Origin: an uncultured Verrucomicrobiota bacterium
Lineage (GTDB): Bacteria; Verrucomicrobiota; Kiritimatiellia; CAIQIC01; Lenti-01
Direction: 5' to 3'
Length of the DNA: 64,000 nucleotides
Assembly (NCBI GenBank): GCA_964399775.1
Contig: CAYNSH010000001.1
Coordinates: 56,370 to 120,369 of the forward strand
How positions within the stretch are numbered: position 1 is the stretch's first letter; every line of letters starts with the position of its first letter. Below the pieces are notes generated by a model, which was not told where the DNA came from, ran no database searches, and saw only the letters and a program-made list of their open reading frames with translations. Shown in pieces: positions 57,202-64,000 of this stretch. Position numbers and translations under genes: made by a program.

Positions 57202-58202
57202 GCCGCAAAAACATGCCGTTGTTGATCGGGATGGGAGCGGTCCTGCTGCTGGTGGTCCTGCTGGGCTACGTGCTCATCAATGTCCGGGGAAGCTACGAAG
57301 AAAGCCACATGGCGCTGAATCAGGCGCAGCGGCGACTGAACGACCTTTCCAGCCGCCCGGTCTTCCCCTCCGCCGGCAATGTGCAGGCCTTGCGGGAGCA
57401 GCAGGAGATCTTCGAGGACTACCTCGACGGGCTGTTTGCCTTCATGCGCGAAGGCCAGCGCCCGATGGATGCGCCGGACCGCGACCGCTTTCGCCAGCTT
57501 CTCGAGCAGACCCTCAATCGCCTGGTGCAGAATGCCCGGGCCAAGAACATCACCCTGCCGCCCGATTTCGCCTTTGGGTTCCAGCGCTACGTGGCGGGCA
57601 ACCCGCCCGCCGACGGCGAACTCGGCCGATTGGCCGACCAGTTGCGGTCCGTCGCCATTCTCTGCCAGATTCTCTATGACGCGGGCATTGGTGAACTGGT
57701 CTCCGTGGAGCGCACCGTGTTCGAACGCGACGCCATGGCCGCTCCGCCGCCGGTGGAGGAGGAGTTTGTCCGCCGCCGCGGCCGCGGCCGCGAAGAGCCG
57801 GAAGCGCCGGTCGTGGACACGACCGCCCTGGTGCGGGATCCCGATGGCCTGTTTACCCGCGAGCGGTATGTGTTGACCTACCGCGCCCAGGACGCGACCC
57901 AATGGACCGTGCTGGAGCGCCTGTCGCGCGGCTCCCCGTTCGTGGTGGTCACCAAGGTGGATATCACCAACAGCTCCCGCCCGGCGGTGGTGCCGCCGCG
58001 GACCGAAGCGGCGGCCCCGGGCGCGGGCGCGGCTCCGGGCGGGCCGGCCGCTGCGCAACGCCCCGGCGCGGCGCGCGAAACGGAAATTCTTCCACGCGAA
58101 TTGCGCGTGGTCGCCGGCCAGGAAATGCCCTTGGTGCGGCTCGAAGTGGATGTGTATCAGTTTGTCGACGCCTCCGTCGCGACAGGGGAGGAATCGTTGT
58201 GA
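57198..58202 (+). CDS. PilO/Amuc_1100-like pilus-associated protein.
   Basis: N-terminal TM (LLIGMGAVLLLVVLLGYVLI), coiled coil, about 330 aa. The position matches Amuc_1100 in the Akkermansia Amuc_1098-1102 locus. ATGA overlap. Confidence 0.55.
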   Translation: MSRKNMPLLIGMGAVLLLVVLLGYVLINVRGSYEESHMALNQAQRRLNDLSSRPVFPSAGNVQALREQQEIFEDYLDGLFAFMREGQRPMDAPDRDRFRQLLEQTLNRLVQNARAKNITLPPDFAFGFQRYVAGNPPADGELGRLADQLRSVAILCQILYDAGIGELVSVERTVFERDAMAAPPPVEEEFVRRRGRGREEPEAPVVDTTALVRDPDGLFTRERYVLTYRAQDATQWTVLERLSRGSPFVVVTKVDITNSSRPAVVPPRTEAAAPGAGAAPGGPAAAQRPGAARETEILPRELRVVAGQEMPLVRLEVDVYQFVDASVATGEESL

Positions 58203-59266
58203 GCCAGGCACCCCGCGGGAAACATGACTGGATTCGGGAGCACTATGAAAAGATGCTCCTGCTGGTGGCCCTGATTGCCCTGCTGGTGTCCAGTGTGCTG
58301 CTGGTCCAGCGCATTCAGGTCGGCAAGGAAACCGCCGCCTTCAGCCTGCAGCGCATCGGCTGGCGGGGGAGCCAGATCGCCCTGCGCGATACGGTGCCTT
58401 TCGACACCGTTTTGGCCGAGGCCCGCGCCGCGGCCACCGCGTCGATCTCCACGTCGCCGCGCACCACCGTCAGCGAAATGCGCGTCTCGTGCGTCAAGTG
58501 CGGCCGGCCCATTCCCTACGAGGCCGCCGAGTGCCCCTTCTGCCTGGCGGAACAGCCCGCCATCATCTCGATCCAGGAACTCGACACCGATGGCGACGGC
58601 ATCCCCGACTGGTGGGAGCTGGAGCATGGCATGGACCCGCTTGATCCGAGCGATGCACACAAGGACCTCGATGGCGATGGCTTCACCGCGATCGAGGAAT
58701 TCCAGGCCGGCACCGATCCGCGCGACCCCCAGTCCTTCCCCGATCCCATCGTGAAGCTCCGCGTGGGTGGCATCCGCCCCGTTCCCTTCTACCTGCGTTT
58801 CGTGGGCACCCAGCGCATGCCGGACGGCACCGAGCGCTACCAGCTCAACCTGCAGGCGGCCGACCGGACCTATTTCGCCCGCCTCGGCGAAGTCATTCTC
58901 GGGTACAAGGTCGAGGAGTACAACCCCAGCGGCCGCGGGGGCGAAACAATCACCATGGTCCGGCAATCCGACCAGTATTCCGTGGTGCTCGTCAAGGGGC
59001 GCCCGGTCACCGAGCAGGAACTGGCCATCCGCTTGGTCTGCCTGCTGGACCGGACGGCCTTGCCGGTGCTGCGCCTGAACGATGTCTTGACCCATCGCGG
59101 GGTCAATTACAAAATCGTTTACATCCACCGCGATAGCGTGGTAGTAAAACACGAAACATCCGGCGAAGAAGTGACCGTGCCCCTTCTGCGTTCAGAGGAG
59201 CGCTCGTTGTTGTCCGGTCGCCCGGCGGCTCCCGCCGCGGGGGCGGCGGCGGATTCGCCATGGTGA
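58199..59266 (+). CDS. Membrane-anchored hypothetical protein with a zinc-ribbon (CVKCGRPIPYEAAECPFC) and thrombospondin-type-3-like Ca-binding repeats (DTDGDGIPDWWE / DLDGDGFTAIEE).
   Basis: GTG start after GGGGAGG. GTGA overlap with the upstream gene. Confidence 0.5.
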   Translation: MSQAPRGKHDWIREHYEKMLLLVALIALLVSSVLLVQRIQVGKETAAFSLQRIGWRGSQIALRDTVPFDTVLAEARAAATASISTSPRTTVSEMRVSCVKCGRPIPYEAAECPFCLAEQPAIISIQELDTDGDGIPDWWELEHGMDPLDPSDAHKDLDGDGFTAIEEFQAGTDPRDPQSFPDPIVKLRVGGIRPVPFYLRFVGTQRMPDGTERYQLNLQAADRTYFARLGEVILGYKVEEYNPSGRGGETITMVRQSDQYSVVLVKGRPVTEQELAIRLVCLLDRTALPVLRLNDVLTHRGVNYKIVYIHRDSVVVKHETSGEEVTVPLLRSEERSLLSGRPAAPAAGAAADSPW

Positions 59267-59354
59267 AGGCTTTTGAATGGAACCAGTAATGCAGATCCCG
59301 GGCGGGCGGTGCGGTTTTCCGCGCCCCCAGTCAGTCTCTAAGGAGGAAATCCTG

Positions 59355-62300
59355 ATGAAATGGTGCATGGTCGCAGTGATGGCGGTGTCTTTCCTGATCG
59401 GTGGCGTGTCCCACGCCCAGACGGACGACTTTGATCTCGATGCCCTGCTGGGCGACTTTGACTCTCCCCCGGAGCAGGTCGACGACACCGTGGAAGCGGC
59501 CGAGGACCCGTTTGCGGAAGAAGCCGTGGAAGCGGCCGTCGATCCGTTTGCCGATGCCGCCGATTGGGACGCTGCACCTGAAGAGGAAATGGCGGACGAT
59601 TTCGGCCTGGACGTCGACGTGGATGAAGCGCCTGTCGCGGACCTGGACTGGGATGCGCCGGCGGATGACGTCGCCGCGGTGGCCGCCACGGATGACTGGG
59701 ATGCCGACGACGACTGGGCCGCTCCGGCACCCGCCGCCGATGACTTCGATCTCGGGCTCGACCTCGACGACGGCGAGGATGCCATCGCGGACGTTGATGA
59801 TTTTCTCGGCGATTTCCTGACCGACGACGAACCCATGGCGGCGACGCCGGCCGTGGCGTCCGATCCGTTTGATTCTTTTGACTCCTTCGCTCCGGTCGCC
59901 ATGCCGGAGGAAGACGACTTCGAAATGGGGTTCTACGATGACGAAGACGTCCTGGCCGAAGAGTCCTTTGCGCCGGTCGCGACGCCGACGCCGACGGTTG
60001 GCGCCCGGCGCCTTCCCCCGGAAGCAGTCCAGGGAATTGCCCGCGAAACCGCCCAGCAGGAAGAAGTCCGCCGCCAGGCCGCCGAAGCCTCCGCCCGCCG
60101 ATCCGCCGAAAGCGGATTCCGCGCCCTCGGCGATGGCAACTTCGTCGCCGCCGAGAATGCGTTTGCCAGCGCCCTGTCGAATCTGCCGGATCGTCCCCAG
60201 ACCGCCGACTTGCGCCAGCAGATCACCTGGGGCCTCGCCGAAGCCCGCTACCTGCGCGCCCGCGGCATGGTCCAGCGCCAGGAGCGCCTGGCGGATGCGC
60301 GCAAACTGATCGATAGCGCCCTCAAGGGGGTCCCCGATCACCGCGGTGCCCAGGCCTTGGATCGCCGCCTGACCCGGCTCGAAGCCCAGATGGCCCAGCC
60401 CAAGTCGCCGGCCATGCAGCCCGCCACCATCGAAAAGGCCAAGACGATTTCCCAGATGTTTGACGAAGCCCGTCAGTGGTACATGGTCAAGGACTATGAC
60501 CGCGCTTCCGCCCTGTTCGAGCAGATCCTCCTGCGCGATCCCTATCACCGCAGTTCCATGCGCTATCTGCGCAAAATCGAGGAAGACAAGTTCAAGCTGG
60601 CCACGGTGGAGCGCCAGGCCCGCGTCCAGGGCATGCTGACCGATGTGCGCCGCAGTTGGAGCCCGCCCATTCGCGCCCAGATCGAAATCCCGGCGGAACT
60701 CGAAGGCGCCCCGGGCCGCGATCCGCGCCCCGAAGCCGAGCAGTTGATCGACAAGATGCAGCGCATCATCATTCCGGAAGTCCAGTTCCGCCAGGCCAAC
60801 ATCAGCGATGTCGTCAACTTCCTGGTCGATGCCTCCATCGCCGCCGATGCGGAAGGCGAGGGCGTCAACATCATCCTGAACCTGGGTGCGGGCACGGCGG
60901 GACCCGCCGCGCCCGCTCCGGCCGCGGCGCCGGCCTTTGATGACGATTGGGGCGATTTCGGCGGCTTCGACAGCCCCGCGCCCTCCGCGTCCATTCCCGG
61001 CATCCGCGATATCACCCTCAATCTCCGTCGCGTCAACATGCTCGACGCCATCAAGTACATCACCGAAGTGGCCGGCCTGAAGTACCGCATTGAAGGCCGC
61101 GCGGTCATGATCACCCCGCTCGACGCGCCCGTCGGCAACATCATCACGCGCATGTATCCCGTGCAGCCGTCCTTCATGGATGTCGTCATCGAGCGCTCCG
61201 CCCGCGATGACCGGGATTCCGAGTTCCAATCCATCGGCTCCCAGGTCAGCGTGACCCGCTCCGATGTGAAGGAATTCTTCGAGCGCACCGGCGTGCGCTT
61301 CCCCGCCGGCGCCTCCATCACCTACAATGCCACCATCAGCCAGCTCATCGTGGCCAACACCGCCGACAATCTCGAAACCTTTGAGCGCATTCTCCAGCAG
61401 ATCAACGTGGTGCCCAACCAGGTTGAAATCGAGGCGCGCTTCATCGAAGTCGACCAGACCGACCTCGAAGAGCTCGGCTTGCAATGGATCCTCAACGACA
61501 ACTGGGAAGTGGCCACGAGGAACGATGGCTCCGGCGGCCGTCTCCAGGTCAACGCCAATCGCTTTGGCGCCAGCCAGGGCCTGCGGTTCTTCGGCCAGGA
61601 CACCGGCACCCTCGCCATCAATCCGGTTTCGTCGGTCGCCCGGTCCAGCTCCCAGAGCATGCTGGGCGGCATTCTCAGCGCCTCCAGCGTCCTGACCAAT
61701 CCCGAGGTGAGCATCGTGCTCCAGGCGCTCTCGCAGCACGGCGGCACCGACCTCCTCTCCGCTCCGCGCGTCACCACCCGCAGCGGCGTCAACGCCCAGA
61801 TCCAGGTCGTCAAGGAAATCATCTACCCCACCGAATTCTCCGTCACCCAGCCGTCCGTCGACAGCGACGGCAACGTGACCATGGGCCCGATTTCCGAGCC
61901 CGGCCAGTTTGAAACCCGCGAGACCGGCGTCATTCTCAATGTCACGCCCACGGTGGGGCCCGACGGCTATACCATCGACCTCGTCATGGCCCCGGAAGTG
62001 GCTGAACTGGTCGACTGGATTCAGTACGGCTCCGTCATCGAAATCCCGAGCGAATTCGGGTCGCAGCTTTGGACTTACAACATGCCCATGCCGGTCTTCA
62101 CCAGCCGCAACGTCACCACCTCCATCGTGATTTGGGATGGCCAGACCGTGGTCATGGGTGGGCTCATCCGCGAAGAACTGACCACCATCAAGGACAAGAT
62201 CCCGCTCCTCGGCGACATTCCGCTGCTGGGCCGTCTCTTCCGTTCGGAGGGTCAGTACAGCCGCAAGATGAATCTGTTGATTTTCGTCACTGCGCGGCTG

Positions 62301-62390
62301 GTAGACCCCGCCGGCCGGCCCATCCATCGCGAAGGCGTCATGGCCATGCCCGGCGCCGGGGTGGATACCGAGCTGGATTCCATGATGTAG
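59355..62390 (+). CDS. Secretin (PilQ/GspD family) with a long acidic low-complexity N-terminal region and TPR-like segment.
   Basis: The C-terminal secretin domain reads …VIWDGQTVVMGGLIREELTTIKDKIPLLGDIPLLGRLFRSEGQYSRKMNLLIFVTARLV. Signal peptide MKWCMVAVMAVSFLIGGVSHAQ. GGAGG upstream. Confidence 0.8.
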   Translation: MKWCMVAVMAVSFLIGGVSHAQTDDFDLDALLGDFDSPPEQVDDTVEAAEDPFAEEAVEAAVDPFADAADWDAAPEEEMADDFGLDVDVDEAPVADLDWDAPADDVAAVAATDDWDADDDWAAPAPAADDFDLGLDLDDGEDAIADVDDFLGDFLTDDEPMAATPAVASDPFDSFDSFAPVAMPEEDDFEMGFYDDEDVLAEESFAPVATPTPTVGARRLPPEAVQGIARETAQQEEVRRQAAEASARRSAESGFRALGDGNFVAAENAFASALSNLPDRPQTADLRQQITWGLAEARYLRARGMVQRQERLADARKLIDSALKGVPDHRGAQALDRRLTRLEAQMAQPKSPAMQPATIEKAKTISQMFDEARQWYMVKDYDRASALFEQILLRDPYHRSSMRYLRKIEEDKFKLATVERQARVQGMLTDVRRSWSPPIRAQIEIPAELEGAPGRDPRPEAEQLIDKMQRIIIPEVQFRQANISDVVNFLVDASIAADAEGEGVNIILNLGAGTAGPAAPAPAAAPAFDDDWGDFGGFDSPAPSASIPGIRDITLNLRRVNMLDAIKYITEVAGLKYRIEGRAVMITPLDAPVGNIITRMYPVQPSFMDVVIERSARDDRDSEFQSIGSQVSVTRSDVKEFFERTGVRFPAGASITYNATISQLIVANTADNLETFERILQQINVVPNQVEIEARFIEVDQTDLEELGLQWILNDNWEVATRNDGSGGRLQVNANRFGASQGLRFFGQDTGTLAINPVSSVARSSSQSMLGGILSASSVLTNPEVSIVLQALSQHGGTDLLSAPRVTTRSGVNAQIQVVKEIIYPTEFSVTQPSVDSDGNVTMGPISEPGQFETRETGVILNVTPTVGPDGYTIDLVMAPEVAELVDWIQYGSVIEIPSEFGSQLWTYNMPMPVFTSRNVTTSIVIWDGQTVVMGGLIREELTTIKDKIPLLGDIPLLGRLFRSEGQYSRKMNLLIFVTARLVDPAGRPIHREGVMAMPGAGVDTELDSMM

Positions 62391-62537
62391 ATTCTATCGG
62401 CGCGGCGCTTGCCCCCTTCGGCCTTGTGCGTTGGGGGCGGCAACGTGGTTTTTTCCCAAGGGGCCCGGGCGGGGGATGCCGCCGGGCCGGGAGATTCTTT
62501 TGGCGGGAACGGTTCACGTCCCTGTGTTGCCGCGCTC

Positions 62538-62648
62538 TTCCATCCCAACATTTTACCATTCCACCATTCCACCATTCCACCATTCCAATATCCCAATATT
62601 CCATCATTCCATTCCTCCAGTATTCCCTCTCCCCATCCCCCCCCCCCC
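62538..62648. repeat. (ATTCCAC)4 / ATTCCAT heptamer array ending in a C12 homopolymer that abuts the exonuclease ATG.
   Basis: ccattccaccattccaccattccaccattccaatatcccaatattccatcattccatt…cccatcccccccccccATG. Confidence 0.8.
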
Positions 62649-63590
62649 ATGCCCGCCCAGGAATCATCCGTGCCTGACTCCGTCTTGATCGTGGATGGAA
62701 CCGCGGTCGCCTATCGCGCCTTTTATGCCGTGCGCGACCTGTCCACGCGCGATGGCACGCCCACCAATGCCCTCTTCGGCTTTGTCCGCATGTTGCACCA
62801 ACTCGAGGCCCGATGGCGCCCGGCGCGCATCGTGGTGACATTCGACGGCGGCTCGCCCGCCCACCGCCTGGAAAAATGCCCGGCCTATAAAGCCCAGCGC
62901 GCCCCCATGCCGGATGAGTTGCGCTCCCAACTGGCCCTCATCAACGAGTATCTGGATGCGGCGGGCGTTCCGCGGCTGTTGATCCCGCACCAGGAGGCCG
63001 ACGACGTCATGGCCACGCTGGCCGCTCGCGCCGCCAATGCGGGGGCCACGGTCCGCCTGGCCACCAGCGACAAAGATCTCATGCAACTCGTCACCGACCG
63101 CATTCGCATCGTTCCGCCCGCCAAGGCGGATGCCGAAATGGGGCCCGCGGCGGTCGAGGCGAAAACCGGCGTCCCTCCCGGCCGCATTGTCGACTGGCTG
63201 GCCCTGATCGGCGACGCCTCGGACAACATTCCGGGCGTGCGCGGCATCGGCCCCAAAACCGCCACGCAACTCCTGGTTCGATTCGGTTCCCTGGAGAATT
63301 GCCTGGCCGGGATCGACCAGATCGAGTCCAGCAGTCTTCGCGAGAAACTGCGCGATGGAGAGGCCACGGCCCGCCTGAATGTGGAACTCATGCAACTGGA
63401 TTTCCATGTTCCCGGTGTGCCGGAGTGGGGCGCCATCCCGCCCCCCGCGCCCGAACCCGCCAAGCTCAAGGCCTTTTTTGAAAAATACGAACTGCATCGG
63501 TTCGTCGCCGAGATGGGGGCCCCCCGGCCAGCGGCCGCGGCGGCAACCCCGGCGCCCCCCCCGTCCGATGGTCAACTCAGCCTGTTTTAG
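62649..63590 (+). CDS. 5'-3' exonuclease (Pol I N-terminal / FEN-like, stand-alone).
   Basis: LIVDGTAVAYRAFYA…PTNALFGFVRML…HQEADDVMATLA…DKDLMQL…IPGVRGIGPKTA (H3TH). An alternative GTG start at 62670 has a better RBS (AGGAA). Confidence 0.75.
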   Translation: MPAQESSVPDSVLIVDGTAVAYRAFYAVRDLSTRDGTPTNALFGFVRMLHQLEARWRPARIVVTFDGGSPAHRLEKCPAYKAQRAPMPDELRSQLALINEYLDAAGVPRLLIPHQEADDVMATLAARAANAGATVRLATSDKDLMQLVTDRIRIVPPAKADAEMGPAAVEAKTGVPPGRIVDWLALIGDASDNIPGVRGIGPKTATQLLVRFGSLENCLAGIDQIESSSLREKLRDGEATARLNVELMQLDFHVPGVPEWGAIPPPAPEPAKLKAFFEKYELHRFVAEMGAPRPAAAAATPAPPPSDGQLSLF

Positions 63591-63614
63591 AATCCGGAAA
63601 GAAAGGAATCGGCA

Positions 63615-63947
63615 ATGAAGCGAATACACGGGATGCTCTTGACTCTGGCAATCCTTGGCGCCGTCGGCGTGGCCTTCGCGGCGGTCACCTGCGAAACCGT
63701 CAAAATGAACGACCAAACCTGTGGCGCGCAGATGTGGCAGTGCAACCAGTGCGGCGCGGTCGGCTGCGACGATCTTTCGCGGGAATGCCCCGCCCTGCTC
63801 CAGGATCTCCATGCCGCGGAACGCCAGTGCGTCTATTGCGGCAGCAACGACTGGGCACCCCTCGAAGCGCCCGTCCCCGAAGCCCCGGACCCCGCCGAGT
63901 TGAACGGTTTCCATGGCGTGGAAAATTCCCCCCAAAGTTTTCCATAG
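63615..63947 (+). CDS. Small secreted Cys-rich protein. The C-terminal codons and the stop lie inside palindrome array C.
   Basis: Signal peptide MKRIHGMLLTLAILGAVGVAFA. About 10 Cys. AAGGAA upstream. Confidence 0.4.
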   Translation: MKRIHGMLLTLAILGAVGVAFAAVTCETVKMNDQTCGAQMWQCNQCGAVGCDDLSRECPALLQDLHAAERQCVYCGSNDWAPLEAPVPEAPDPAELNGFHGVENSPQSFP

Positions 63948-64000
63948 CGTGGAAAAATGACGAAAAAGTTTTCCATGGCGTGGAAAACTGCCCTTGGATA
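63907..64000. repeat. Array of three or more TTTTCCATRGCGTGGAAAA palindromes (cluster C), truncated by the window end.
   Basis: Same family as clusters A and B. Confidence 0.8.

Overview
This is a GC-rich (~66%) bacterial window. The pilus locus and repeat content suggest a Verrucomicrobia-like organism, but that is not proven. All coordinates come from the ORF track plus codon arithmetic, because many six-frame ORFs are antisense artefacts of the high GC.

Layout:
- 1-2387: the 3' end of a radical-SAM/SPASM gene, then a 61-aa ORF ending in Ser, then an HPr-kinase-related P-loop kinase, all joined by ATGA/GTGA stop-start overlaps. A divergent S24/S26-like peptidase sits next to them. This is the most likely candidate for the undescribed system.
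- 2428-41988: a ~40 kb polysaccharide locus. It holds a GH5-like hydrolase, an outer-membrane barrel, Wza, Wzc, a Wzm/Wzt ABC exporter, two Wzy/O-antigen-ligase-like proteins, about 16 glycosyltransferases, and a WecA-like initiating transferase. Modification genes include methyltransferases, an acetyltransferase, two SGNH hydrolases and an AsnB-like protein. Three APH/P-loop-type kinases and two pol-beta-type nucleotidyltransferases are embedded in it, along with a VapBC toxin-antitoxin pair and a repeat-flanked GxxExxY gene.
- 43438-54705: HPr, an Ldh_2 dehydrogenase, a PaaK-like ligase, an SDR, an ORF6N protein, a PPDK_N-domain protein, and a split MetH (main body plus a separate activation-domain gene).
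- 54853-62390: a type IV pilus-like locus with a PilM-PilN fusion, an Amuc_1100/PilO-like protein and a secretin.
- 62649-63947: a 5'-3' exonuclease and a small Cys-rich secreted protein.

Intergenic DNA carries unusual repeat families:
- Tandem heptamer arrays with an ATTC core, often paired in inverted orientation around GC palindromes. Two arrays lie in-frame inside CDSs.
- Three arrays of a 19-20 bp palindrome, TTTTCCAYRGCGTGGAAAA, which looks like two DnaA boxes head to head.
- A duplicated 18-bp AT-rich perfect palindrome in a divergent promoter.
- Homopolymeric G9, C8 and C12 tracts.

No rRNA, tRNA, CRISPR, transposase or integrase is evident.
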